From Eledone cirrhosa (taxonomy: Eukaryota), in NCBI GenBank assembly GCA_964016885.1, contig OZ024742.1, positions 23,808,001 to 23,872,000 on the forward strand: 64,000 bases of DNA, read 5' to 3'. Shown piece after piece: positions 25,791-39,045 of the stretch (the stretch's first letter is position 1; each line of letters starts with the position of its first letter). The notes beneath the pieces are model-generated. The model saw nothing but the letters and a program-made list of their open reading frames with translations, made no database searches and was not told the origin of the DNA. Position numbers and translations under genes: made by a program.

Positions 25791-26300
25791 TATTTCTATG
25801 TTCTCTAATTTACCCTTATGTTCTACATAAGGGTAAATTAGAGAACATTAGAAATAAAAATAGAATCTACACACAGAAAAGACGCAATGTTTAGACATAT
25901 CACAGAGGCAATAAACATGAAAGAATTACAACCAAAATTAAATAGAAAATATGAGTGGAACAGCAACATCACAACTTACAATTAAGGACAAAATGAAAAC
26001 ACACACGCACATAGAACAAACAACCAACCGGTAACATGTAAATAAACAAATAAATAAACGAATATAAACACACACAGACACCCGGATGTGGCGCATGCGC
26101 AGACTGAGCACACAACACACAGAAACAAAATGGCGTAGGACAGAACAAAGGAGAGGCACAAAAACAAAGAAAATAATCCCCAGTCACTGAAGAGGTCACA
26201 GAATGTGTGACGAAAGAACTTTGACAATATATAAGCAACTATCTGGTTGTGGAACCAACCAACCAACCAGAAATTTATAAATTCCTAAATTTATAAATTT
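25791..26300 (+). mobile_element. Penelope-like element 3' fragment with a 5' hairpin
   Basis: A hairpin with 31-bp arms at 25791-25856. Reads HKGKLENIEIKIESTHRKDAMFRHITEAINMKELQPKLNRKYEW (one frameshift), matching the GIY-YIG C-terminal R..EA..I...P.LN pattern, followed by a hammerhead motif. Confidence 0.7.
26183..26225 (+). ncRNA. Minimal type I hammerhead motif
   Basis: GTCA-CTGAAGA-g-GTCACA(GAATG)TGTGAC-GAAA-GAA-CTT-TGAC. Stem I 4 bp, stem II 6 bp, one extra nucleotide after A9. Confidence 0.65.
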
Positions 26301-26456
26301 ATTATAATAAATTGAAGTGAAAGCATCTGGTGCGTGTGTTTCTTATTGGCAACATGACCCCCCCCCCCAAAGTATAACAATATCGGTTTCAACACACGTT
26401 TTCAGATAAAGAATCTTGCTAAACAAATTCAGAAACGAAATATATATATATATATA

Positions 26457-26655
26457 TATAGGAACGAGTAGGAGCCCGACGGCTGAGCTCAAGCCGTTTC
26501 GACGGCTAATTCCGCACTCCCGAATTAGCCGTCGAAACGGCTTGAGCTCAGCCGTCGGGGTCCTACTCGTTCCTATTATCCACTCTACTACCCTAAGTAT
26601 TGTGTACTTTGGTGCGTTATGGTCCACCTGGTTCCTTATCACATTTCCTTCGTTA
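26457..26655. repeat. GC-rich palindrome (54-bp arms, 26457-26576) with an ~80-bp tail, flanked on both sides by (TA)n
   Basis: ATAGGAACGAGTAGGA...GACGGCTAATT-loop-AATTAGCCGTC...TCCTACTCGTTCCTAT; contains GAAAC-GGCT..AGCC-GTC, a hammerhead 3' half. Confidence 0.92.
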
Positions 26656-26687
26656 TATATATATATATATATATCTATATATATCTA

Positions 26688-26730
<43 letters not shown>

Positions 26731-26733
26731 GTG

Positions 26734-26878
<145 letters not shown>

Positions 26879-26881
26879 GTG

Positions 26882-26944
<63 letters not shown>

Positions 26945-27564
26945 GTGTATGTATATATATATATATACATGTGTGTGTTAGAGAGAAGTAGATAGAGAGA
27001 GAGAGAAATCTCCACACAAGGGAGAGAGTGATCATCTAGTATCCATTGAGGAAGGTGACTGTTTCTAAGAGATAATCTATATATTCAGAAAGCAGAACAG
27101 ACATTTGTACAATCTGTCGAATAATCTGTCCATTGTTCAGTTCAACGAAGAGTGGCAGTAATTTAAACAATAAGTGTTTTACTGTCTTCAAGCGTTACAT
27201 GTCCACACTTTTCTCAGAAAGAATCTTCAATTAACTAAATATGATCGAAGAACTTGTATGAAACATGAATAAATATCAGCGATAATAGTCCCTGTTAATC
27301 AATAATTGAACTTATATAGCATTTGTATAATCAATTCGTTGATAAAAAAAAAAGGAAAAATAACAGGGTGATTAAGTGGTGTTGCCTGTAGCAATCAAAT
27401 GGCATTGATTTGTACAAAAATGGAAAGATTTACGAGGCTAAAACAGTCTTAGTATTGAATAGGGACACTAAAGTGTTTGTTTACTTACACTGGAGACTTG
27501 AATTTTTCATTTACACCATTACAGTTACAAGATTACGTGGGGAAGAAGAGAAAAGAAAAAAAAG

Positions 27565-28045
27565 TAACACACACACACAAACACAAAAGTGACGCACACA
27601 AAAAGTAACACACACACACACAAAAAGTAACACACAAACACAAAAAGTAACACACAAACACAAAAAAGTAAAACACACACACAAAATAGTAACACACGCA
27701 CACAAAATAGTAATGCACACACACACCAAAAGTAACACACACACACAAAATAGTAACACATACTCACAAAATAGTAATGCACACACACACCAAAAGTAAC
27801 ACACACACACAAAATAGTAACACACACACACACAAAATAGTAACTAACCCACACACAAAAAGTAACACACACACACAAAATAGTAACACACACACAAATA
27901 GTAACACACATACACAAAATAGTAACACACACACACACAAACAGTAACACACACACACACACAAACTAGTAACACACACACAAAAAGTAACACACACACA
28001 AAATAGTAACACACACACAAAATAGTAACACAGGCACACACAAAA
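27565..28045. repeat. Minisatellite of ~20-bp units AAA(A/T)AGTAA(CA)n
   Basis: Read directly; more than 20 units. Confidence 0.92.
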
Positions 28046-28277
28046 TAGAAATAAGAAACCTAAGAAAAGTATGGGGAAAAATACGAGAAATAGAGAATAA
28101 ATATAGACGAAAACAAAAAGAAAAATCAGACAAACAAATAGTTGTAGTAAAGTAGAAAGAAATATTTGTGTATGAGAAGGCATAGAGTGAGAGAAGAAGG
28201 AGGGGAGAAGTGTAAGGAAGAGAAAGAGTTAGTGAGATGAAATGAGGGTAATTAAAATTGTTTAACTATTTTTCTAC

Positions 28278-28338
<61 letters not shown>

Positions 28339-28683
28339 AACATACACATACAAATGTATACAGGATTCCTGTGTCTTCAACATCGGGGAGTCTAATCTAC
28401 AACAATACTCTGTTTCACACGATTGTTGTTGCTATTGTAGTTTATTGATACCAGAATACTTAGTATTGTACTCTATTATATTCTAGAATGATTCTGTCAG
28501 TGCCAAAGGAACAGCAATCTGGGGGAAGGGGAAGAATGGTTATATCGTCTGTCATGCTTGACTGGTACATTGACCACGGAAGGGTGAAATGCCAAATTGA
28601 TCTCGACAGAATTTAACTGACAATACAAAGAGCCGGAACCAAATACAACGAATCGTTTTGTTTACACATTCAACATGTGTTGT

Positions 28684-29208
28684 TAGGGCCGAATTTAATG
28701 AGTGGGGAGAAGGGATAAAATTGCTCCAGCCCCCTTGCGGAGCTCCACCAGCGACGGTAGTAGCAATTGAGGACGCACCTTAGTTTCGACAGCCACAAAT
28801 TTGGAAAGAAATGATGAACAACCTTCGGCATCCAGGGCGCATGATAGATTTTTGAGACTTGTATTAGGAAAAAAGTAGCGTCTTTGCCGCTGGGAAATAC
28901 GGTACATTTTGAATTCGAATAACTGATACTCTGAATCCAAGGTCCGTTTAGCTTATTCGTTGAAAAAACATGATAATCATACATTCTGGGTATGTATTGA
29001 TGCCCTCAGCTGGGCTTTTTAGTTTCAGGATGGTTAGAATTTTCATAATTTAATACCTGTATGTATAACTTTGCAATTCCATTATTTGCGCCAAGCTAAC
29101 TTAGATATGTAAAATTGAGCAGTTTGCTGTGTATCATAATTTTTGGTGTATGAGGTGCACCAGAAAGCTGAAATACCCCGGTTCCCTCAAGGTCTAAATC
29201 CAACCCCG
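28684..29208 (-). mobile_element. Putative internally deleted hAT-like DNA transposon
   Basis: Imperfect TIRs TAGGGCCGAATTTA / TAAATCCAACCCCG; 8-bp flanks TGTGTTGT / TGTGTTCC; FFPNLW..LSKLR remnant resembles the hAT dimerisation domain. Confidence 0.45.
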
Positions 29209-29479
29209 TGTGTTCCTGTTGAATCGATCAATAGAACAGCCTGCTAATGAAATTAAAATAAGTGGAACTGAACTTTTCACTAACACGAGTACTCTAACAT
29301 AATTCTCATGGATCTTTTTTGCTATCACTAACAGTTCCTCCTCCTCCTCCTCCTCCTCCTCCTCCTCCTAAATCTCTCCCCACTGTCACAGGCTTCAACA
29401 GCCTACAATTCCTATCATAGCAACGATACATGTCTAGTATCAACATGTTAGGAGGATTAATGATTTAAATAATTATCTC

Positions 29480-29640
29480 TACTTTTGGCAAAAGGCCTGC
29501 AATTACCCAGTGTATTATTAGTACTTTTTTAAATAATTGTTTCTACTTCAGGCACAAGGCCAGCAATTACCCAGTTCGTTACTGGTACTTTATTTTATCG
29601 ACCCCGTAAGGATGAAAGGCAAAGTCAACCTCGGCGGGAT
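29480..29640 (-). mobile_element. SINE family A 3' portion with duplicated tail (a more decayed copy at ~28500-28660)
   Basis: ACTGGTACTTTATTTTATCGACCCCGTAAGGATGAAAGGCAAAG is the reverse complement of the family A core. Confidence 0.8.
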
Positions 29641-29713
29641 AATGGTTAAACGATTATAGTGATGTTCCTATCCCTTTCGGAAAATATATATGTGAGTATA
29701 AATATATGTGTGC

Positions 29714-29758
<45 letters not shown>

Positions 29759-29804
29759 AAAGTACCTCCATAGAATCATTTGATAAAATATATACATTAT
29801 TTCC

Positions 29805-30595
29805 TCTCCCAATCAGCATAATCAACCATACAAAAACCAATTAAACCAGGCTATAAGATTAAAAGGCACCTATGAAAAAATAATAGATAAATAAACGACA
29901 GCTATCTATCCGCGATCAACAACTGTAGAATATTTACTCAGCATTTCTGATAGCACGTGGAAATCGATTAAATATATCGTCAACCATACACAATTATGTA
30001 TAAACTCAAAGTTAGAAGAAAAAATGTATATAAGCATACCAAAATTATGTTTCTACCCCATGAGATTTCATTCGCTTTTTGGAAATATCCGATCAAGGAT
30101 AAATTCACGAGTTTCGAAATCATCGGGAAACAAACTCACTTGGACGAAGATTTTTCTTAAATGATCCCCGCCAGAAACGAATTCTTAATGGCTAAGAACT
30201 GTGACGTGGCAGTGGTCAAGTCAGAAAGAATGTGATTGGTGCTTTACGGCGAGTGGGCTGGTTGTTAGAGAGCGCAGCCTAATACTGCCTAAATTGCATC
30301 TCAACCATATGGGAGATTATCAAATATAAAGATTTACATATACATAAACTAGACAAAGTCATATATATATATGTGTGTTTTTGGCAACCATTAACGATGT
30401 GGCTCAATGACGAATTAATTAATTAAATAATCAACAATCAGAAAAATATACAATAAAGTATGTCCATAAAGTATGTCCATCTCCCAATCAGCATAATCAA
30501 CCATACAAAAAAGCAATTAAACAAGGCTATACGATTAAAAGGCACCTATGAAGGAATAATAGATAAATAAACGACAGCTATCAATCCGCGATCAA
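29805..30595. repeat. ~115-bp direct repeats (29805-29919, 30480-30595) bounding a ~790-bp unit
   Basis: TCTCCCAATCAGCATAATCAACCATACAAAAA...TCCGCGATCAA occurs twice. Confidence 0.88.
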
Positions 30596-30603
30596 TATAT
30601 ATA

Positions 30604-31885
30604 CAGGGTGTTAGGGATAAATTTGACAGTTTCATCAGGAAAAAGAAAAAGTGCTTGGTATCTACAAAATTTATTTGATTTAAAAGAAATTCAATGGACA
30701 AGGAAATTACACTATTGTCAAAGAGTTTTACTCAAAATAACCGCCATTAGCGTCTATTACAGCCTCAATCCGGGCCCGGAACCTGGAGCAAGCTGATTTT
30801 ACACTTTCCCTGGGAAGGCCCTCAAAAACTACTTTAATTCTGTCAATTAACTGGGCTTTTGTAGTATTGGCACGGCGATTGGTGTCTTTCTCTACAGCGC
30901 CCCATACATAATAGTTCATCGGGTTAAGATCAGGGGAGTTCGGAGGCCAATCATTGGGACTGGTGTAGTCGTAAAAATTGGCTGACAACCATTTTTGACT
31001 TTTCCCCGAGGTGTGGCAGGGGGCAGAATCCTGCTGCCATACATACGGCCTATTATTGGCTACCCTTGTTATCCAATGCTTAACTACAGTGGTTAGCAAT
31101 TCCACGTAGGCATCTGAATTCAACCTGAGACCCTGTTTGAAAAAATGCGGAGGCATCACATCACCCTCGGAGGACACACATCCAAAAACCATGACAGTTT
31201 GGGAAAATTTAGTCTGCATGACTCGAGGAGTGTCCTTTGGACTGTATGCAAGTCATCTGTTATTCTGCATGTTGTGTTTTTGATCTTGGCAAAAGTTTTT
31301 CTCATCGGAAAAGAACCAGATTGTTTGTGCTTCAGCAGGATGTTTCACTTTGCTCAGAAGTTTCTTCGCCTTTTCTGTGAGAAGTTGACCTCTGCGACGC
31401 TTGTATTAGTAGTAGCGAAGGTCTTCATTGAGTGCAATTTTCATAGTAGAGGCTGAAACATTCAATTCACGCGACAAAGACCGAATTCCGATGCCAGGGT
31501 CCTCCAACACTTTTTTCTGCAAATTTTCGATGAATTCTGCTGTGCGAGAGCAATCAGATCTTCTGTTATGTTTCTTTGTTCTAGCCACAGCCTCGTAGTC
31601 TCCATTGCAATTCTCCAGTTCGTGCCGGATTGTTTTTACAGTGTTCAGGGAGCATTGAGCAGCGACCATAATCTCCTTATTTTGATGGCCGGCGCGAATC
31701 ATCATGATACAAGTTATTCTCTTCCATGATTCAGGTGGCTCCCAGTCATCCATTCTCGTTGTCATCACATATATGAATGAGGGAGGGTTTAAACTTTCAA
31801 ATAAAGCCTAGTGGGCATGAATGAATTTAAAACATCTGAAAAAACAACCAAATATTATTCTTTCAAATTTATCCCGAACACCCTG
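30604..31885 (-). mobile_element. Tc1/mariner-superfamily DD37D (maT) transposon, complete but inactive
   Basis: 23-bp TIRs CAGGGTGTT(A/C)GGGATAAATTTGA with TA flanks. Transposase 31768-30728 has WFFSDEK, WQQDSAPCH and WPPNSPDLNPMNY with 37-aa spacing, and two in-frame stops. Confidence 0.95.
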
Positions 31886-31939
<54 letters not shown>

Positions 31940-31944
<5 letters not shown>

Positions 31945-32700
31945 GTTAAACAGAAATAACAGCACAACCGGTACAGTATATGGAAGGGATATATTAGGTT
32001 GACGCTTGATATAGCAGGAAGAGGGTCTTAACGTTGATAACGCTAGTCTTTCAGCAGAAGAAAGAATGAGTAATAAGATAGATTGAGAGGACGGTTGGGT
32101 TGAAATTGGAAAAAAGTCTTTAGATAGAAATAACAGGTCCATTAATGTTGACATCTCTTGCAAAACTGTTGGTGCTGGCGTTTTGTGTATGATTTATTTT
32201 TTAGAAAAGTGGATGATAGAACGCGTCTGCCTGAAATGGAGAAAAAAAACGTTTTGTAAAAGAGCTCTATTTGTGCACGTGCGTAAGCATATATATATGT
32301 GTGTGTGTGTGTGTGTATTATACGTCCGTACGAAGCTAAGAAGAAATGTGTGTGTATATGAGGGCAAAGGAGTGTGTGTGCATGTAAGTACGAAGCTATG
32401 AGCAAAAGTATGTTAATATAAGGGTGTGTATATGTGTTTACAGAGCAGTGAAGGGAAAAGCGTATATAGTCGGCTTGTATTAGTTGTAAGAGAAGATGTT
32501 AATGATCAAGAGAAAGCGATAGGAATGTAGAGGTGTGATAATGGACGGGGTATTAGAGAAATTGGGGAGGTGAATTGAGTCCAAGAGGGGAATTAGACTT
32601 TGTTCAGTCCTGGTGCGTGAGGCCTGTGATCGATGATGTGAAAGGACACCGAGGACTGATGGTTTTCCGACAGGAATATGAAAAATGGTTCAATACGTTA
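31940..32700 (-). mobile_element. Decayed Penelope-like element 3' end
   Basis: Minus strand reads SVLGVLSHHRSQASRTRTEQSLI..PLGLNSPPQFL* (GIY-YIG C-terminal R..E..I...P.GLN pattern), then a degenerate hammerhead (CTGCTGA...AACGTTAAGA) and a (CA)n flank. Confidence 0.6.
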
Positions 32701-32845
32701 GTAGAGAGGAAGCATGTCTTTCAAACAGAAATGACTTCTAACGTTCTAGACCCTTAGAAATATATATAATTTCAGGTTCTTCATGTTAGGTTTCTAAAGT
32801 TGGGAAACTAACAGTTTAATATATAGAAATATAAATGAATATAAA

Positions 32846-32903
<58 letters not shown>

Positions 32904-33426
32904 GTCTGTAGTTCGATTCCATTCACACGCATACACACGAAACGAGCATATATATAGATATACTTGTGTATATGTGTGTGTATATATATATATATAAGAA
33001 CATATATGGTTGTATATATATGTATACGTATATATAACTATATATAAATGTATATACACACGCACGCACATATATATTCCTTCACATAATCACGTTCACT
33101 GCAAATCCATCATTAGTTGGAACAATGCAAAATTCTAAATACATACATGTACATGCACGAGTGGTGTATATATGTAATATAGACCTACATACACACATAA
33201 TAGCACACATACAAAGGAACAGATATAAACACAGAAACACCTATAGATAGTATATATACAGAAAATGTCAGTCAATATATATATATGTCAATTTTTAATG
33301 ATTTATTTGTGAATTGAGTAAATTATCAGTTATAATCATAGAGAATAGAACTAGTTAGGATATTTTGAGACACTCTTGGATGTGAAGGTAATTATTTCAT
33401 GCTTTAATGAAATTTATTTCCTGACT

Positions 33427-33512
<86 letters not shown>

Positions 33513-33544
33513 AAATTATATGTATATATATTTAGCCATATTTA

Positions 33545-33648
<104 letters not shown>

Positions 33649-33669
33649 TTTTTATATATAAACATGTAC

Positions 33670-33722
<53 letters not shown>

Positions 33723-34047
33723 ATGTAAGAGTGTCTCTGTGTGTGTACATATATATCTGATTGTGTCTTCTATTGGGGTAACTTAATGTGTACGTGTGTG
33801 AGCTGGTATACGTGTTTGCATCTGTAATATTCTATATCGAAACCAGAATATTTTTGTGCTGAAAATACACAACAGCTAATAGAATACAAAACACAGAGAA
33901 ACAAATTCAAATTATATTTTCTTTAGTTTCCCTTTGTCTTATATTTACATAAAGTTGAATAATTTCATTCTGTTTATTTTAATTAAATATATTTTTCATT
34001 TACTGTCAACAAATCTTTCGTCCACCATCTATACTACCATTATCATC

Positions 34048-34955
34048 GGGCGGTGAATTGGCAATATCGGTAGATGGTCGGACGCCATGCTTTCCAGCAT
34101 AGTTACGTCCTTTTACGATCTGAGTTCAAATCCCGCCGAGGTTAACTTTACCTTTTATCCATACGCTGTGGATTAAATAAAGTACCAGTAATACACTGGG
34201 TATTTGCTGGCCTTGTGCCAAATGTAGAAACAATTATCACCATCACCATCGTCATCATCATCATCATCATCATCACCATCACCATTGCTTTCGTCTTCGT
34301 CGCCGTCATGTCATCATCTCGGTCTCCATCAACTTCAAAGTCAACATCAAATCATCGTTGTCAATATTAGCAGGGTGGTTCGCATGTTTGTGGCATAGAG
34401 TTGCGGCCCTTTGCGGTCTGAGTGCAAATTCTACCGATGTCATCTTTGCGTTTCATCCTCATGGGGGTCGATAAAATGAAGTACCAGTAATGCACTAGGG
34501 TCGATTTAATCGACTTTCACCTCCCCCCAAATTGTTTGCTTTGTGCTTAAATGAGAAATCGTTTTTAAATGCAGTATCGGTAGAGGGCAGGACAACATGC
34601 TTTGCGGCATATAGTTACGGCCGTTTACCTTCTGGGTTCAAATTTCGCCTAGGTTAGTCTATACAATAAGGTACCAGTAAAGCACTGGGTCGACTTAATC
34701 CACTTACCTTTTCCTTCAAATGGCTAGCCTCGTGCCTATAGTAGAAAATAACTTTTATTAACATTGTTAATAATTGGCAGTGTCGGTAGAGGGGTGGACG
34801 CCATGCTTTGCGGTATAGAGTTACGCCCCTTTATGGTCTGAGTCCGAATCCACCCATGGTTAACTTTGTATTTCATCCTTAGCGGGTCGATAAAATAAAG
34901 TACCAGTAATACACTGAGATAATTGCTGGCCTTTTGCGGAAAATAGAAACAATTA
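34048..34955 (+). mobile_element. Cluster of 4 family A SINE copies with a (CAT)n spacer
   Basis: Copies at ~34048, 34372, 34570 and 34775 share the head, B-box and core. Confidence 0.85.
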
Positions 34956-35524
34956 TTAATATTAATGTCACTATTATTAGGCTTGCCACATTTCTTTGGG
35001 TGGAGGAGGTCAATCAATTTACATTTACCTGGTGGCTCTAACGAAAGACGTAATGCTGCATAGCTAAATGGTTAACAAGTTTGCGTCACTATCCAAGGCT
35101 TTGGAATCGTGTGCAAGTCTTATTTACGATACTCTCCAGTCAAACCATGCCTCGAGAGTGTAATCTTTGGAAGGGCGTCGGAAAGATTATATTTGTAATT
35201 CAAAGGGCAAAATTTGATATTCACTATGTCACGCTGAATCTCCCTAAGAATTACGTTATGGGTAGATGGACCTGCGAAATGCTGAAAACTTACATGTTAA
35301 TTTGATGAGCAGGCTATTCTAATGAAATATAAAATTCTGCAAGTATAGATAATGAAATTGTCAGCACTGAAATTAGAAACAATAGGTATAATAATATGTG
35401 ATTATTCAAGGATAGAAAACTTTATCTGCAAGATTTGCATTCATTCCAAAAGCATGTATTAATATTAACACGTTAATAATAATACATAATAATAATACAT
35501 TAATGATAATAATAATAATGGATT

Positions 35525-35860
35525 TTTGATTTAGACACAAGCCTACAAATATTTTTGGGGAAAGTCGATTAAATCGACCTCAGTGCATTACTGGTTCTTT
35601 TTTTATCGACTCCGTAAGGATGAACGGCAAAAGCTAGCATATGCGACATTTGAACTCAGAATGTAAAGGGCTGCAACTCTATGCCACAAAGCATGTTGCC
35701 TAATTAATACTGCCAATCCACCAGGGATTTTTACGGTCTGAGTTCAAATCCCGCCGAGATTAACTTTGCCTTTCATCCTCAGGGTGTCGATAAAATAAAG
35801 TACCAGTAATGCACTGGCGTCGATTAATCGACTTTCCCCTCCTTTTTAATTTGTTGGCCG
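35525..35860. mobile_element. Two family A SINEs back to back (minus 35525-35722, plus 35728-35860)
   Basis: The core motif appears in both orientations. Confidence 0.8.
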
Positions 35861-35949
35861 TCTTATACATATACCATATCACAAAGAGGTAGGTTAGCAG
35901 AACACGACAAAATCATATGGGCCCCCATGAAGACAACATGCTCATTATC

Positions 35950-36450
35950 ATCACCATCTTAATTTCCACACACACATTCGTGGGAGGATCGTGGAGGCAG
36001 AGTCCTCAAAACACTACTTCCAGTAGGAACTGAATCCAATTAATGTGATTGGATTTCCAAGTCTGATCAGCTGAGCTTATGGATGTTTTCCAACCTTCCC
36101 GCTCTGGAGCAACCTCTGGGTCTCCTGCCATTTGGTTTTTGCCGGTAAAATCTATCTAGCAAATTTTTCCTGGGACATTCTAACTATATGTATAAAAATG
36201 AAAGCTAATATGGTATGACCAGCTAACACGATCCACTGGTCTTGGAAAAACCTTGCTTCAAGGAACTGTGGACAGGGAAGGAAAGAAAGGTGGACAAGAT
36301 AAGATATAAGATAGTGAGAGACGACATTAGAGGATGGAAAAAATAAGGAGCACAGACAAGAAATCTGGCACGTTATCACGACAAATGGAGAATACTGACA
36401 CACTGTACGCCACAGCGGTTCCCTAACATTTTCGTCAGTAGTTGAGAGAC
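35950..36450. mobile_element. Two divergent RTE-like LINE 3' remnants (minus ~35950-36200; plus ~36200-36450)
   Basis: Minus: HIVRMSQEKFAR.IL.AK..GRRPRG. Plus: KLIWYDQLTRSTGLGKTLLQGTV...DDIRGW. Both match the RTE W.GH..R...G.R.RG..W motif region. Confidence 0.55.
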
Positions 36451-37183
36451 GAGGGTACAATATAAAGGGTACATTCTTTTGAAGATATTTTAAATAATAT
36501 AAACGCAAAATGTCACAAATTTCAATCCACTGTGTATATAACAATGAAACAAAGGTAGCAGAAATACGAATATACATACGGACACAATCATACGCACATA
36601 CACACAGACATATATATACATATGTATATACACACATATATATTATAACCAAATGCAAAACTGCCGACTAATGATAAAATTACAGATCCTCAAATTTGCA
36701 TGTTCAAGTATATTGCCGAATATTTATATATACAGGTGTACATATATATAATATACCTATATATATATATATATACAGGGGGAGTTGTATGATGTATATT
36801 TGATGTGCAAATAAACAAGAAAACACTACATTTATGTATATGTAAACAATAGGTATGTAAAGACACCAAAATAACGACACGCTAATAGATGTGGAGTGTG
36901 TGTGTGTGAGGGGGGGGGGGGGATATATTTTAGGAATTAAAGAAAAAGGAAGAATGTTCTCTTTTGTCGAATGTATTGTTTGTGGCAACATCATTAATCA
37001 TATATAGAATATTTTAACGCTTACAGCGACCAAACTATTTATAAGAATTAGCTAAAATAAAAGCTTGCAAATATATATATATATACATTATTTCCATATA
37101 TATATATATATATATACACGTATGTTTTTTCATGAGTTGAGGGAAATCTATTAAAACTAATGTATGCATTTGTGTATTTACGT

Positions 37184-37300
<117 letters not shown>

Positions 37301-37393
37301 ATATATATACACATATATAATGTAAGCAAAAAATAAGATAAGAAGACGTGTCTTCTAATTATATTAATAAGGCTGTAGAGAACATATGTGCAT

Positions 37394-37509
<116 letters not shown>

Positions 37510-37537
37510 TATGCAATGCACGTTTTTTACAGCCTTA

Positions 37538-37568
<31 letters not shown>

Positions 37569-37579
37569 CATACATACAA

Positions 37580-37612
<33 letters not shown>

Positions 37613-37637
37613 GATATATATATATACATATATACAT

Positions 37638-37704
<67 letters not shown>

Positions 37705-38033
37705 CGCGTGCGTATGTATGTATGTGTGTGTTTGTGTGCGTATAGATACATGCGTGTGTCCACACATCTGCGAGAATGAAACAAAAGCTAGCCACTATTT
37801 TGCTATATTGTAAACTTCATGTGCATTGTTTTTGGAAACATATTTCAATTTTTCCAACTGTGGCTGAATTTGCCAAACTGCCAGAGATCTAATTTTGTAT
37901 TTTTAAATATGGTAAATATTTTGATTACTTTATATAAATGCAGGAATCGATAAAAGAATATGTAATAGCGCTTGATACGCCACATGGACTTGAGAAAACT
38001 AAACATCAATTCATTATTTATTATAAAGAGAGG

Positions 38034-38233
38034 TGTGTTCATGTGTCGAGGTCCTATAAAATAGCTTATAATATAGGGTGGTAATACTTAAAGAAAGAAT
38101 TTACCAGATATTGGTACCTGGGAGATATGGGGTTCGATTCCCCATAGCAGCTGGTAGCAACTTCTTTTTCCGTCTTTAAGCTGATCCACCCTATTTTATC
38201 ATTTATTTTATAGCATACCCATGCATGAACACA
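38034..38233. repeat. Degenerate ~200-bp palindrome centred on a B-box hairpin
   Basis: Nested pairs TGTGTTCATG/CATGAACACA, CTATAAAATA/TATTTTATAG, ATAGGGTGG/CCACCCTAT, CTTAAAGA/TCTTTAAG and TACCAG/CTGGTA around TATGGGGTTCGATTCCCCATA. Confidence 0.7.
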
Positions 38234-38451
38234 TCATTCTATATACTAACATTCTCTTCTAGGTGCTTCGTAAATGTCCGAGAAATCAGCTACGTATAAA
38301 ACCTCTGTTTTGAACACTGGGGCTCATCAGGGCGGTGCTTATGCCGGTGTATTTGGCGTGAATTGACTGTGATTACAAAATTCGTCCCTAGAAAGGACGC
38401 CAGTCTATCGCCGGCTTAGACCTCCAGCTATTGCTGGTAGTCATTTACAAC

Positions 38452-38845
38452 TCAGTGCGTGTGTGTGTGTGACAGCTCCCACCTAGGAAGGTTTAGCTGG
38501 CCTCCTCCAAAGTACATCTTGTTGGAGTTGTATTGGCTAATTTAATGATAGGGAGCCCAGACCCTATCATCTCATTTCTACAGCTGAGTAAACTGGAGCA
38601 ACGTGAAATAAAGTGTCTTGCTCAAGGACACAACACATCACTCGGTCCGAGAATTGAACTCACAACCTTTCAATTACAAGCCCAATGCTCTAAGCACTAA
38701 GTCATGCGCCTTGACGACTGCGTATACTGGAACAACGTGAAATGAAGTGTTTTGCTCAAGAACACAATACACAACCCAGGCCAGGAATAGAACGCATGAC
38801 ATTATGATCCTAAATCCAACATCTTTACCACCAGGCCACGCGTGT
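38452..38845 (-). mobile_element. Two family B SINE copies
   Basis: CTGGAGCAACGTGAAATAAAGTGTCTTGCTCAAGGA is the reverse complement of the CORE-like segment; closely similar to 42560-42812. Confidence 0.8.
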
Positions 38846-39045
38846 CCGCATACCTATACATTTCAATAGAGTACAAAACAAACTCGTTTGTATAAGATCC
38901 ACTTCTTACAAACAGGTTTCCCCATATAAATAAGTATCTTTCAACTGGAATGGACTTCCGTTAAATTCCACGATTTTTGTTTCGGCTGCTCGATCAGTGA
39001 AAATTCTAGGCACCGCAAACATATTACGTAGAGTAACTTCAATTC

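Noticed and set aside
30104-30132. Minus-strand CCGATGA-TTTC-GAAAC-TCGTG hammerhead
   Set aside because: Core mutated, no stem II and no NUH; too degenerate to call.
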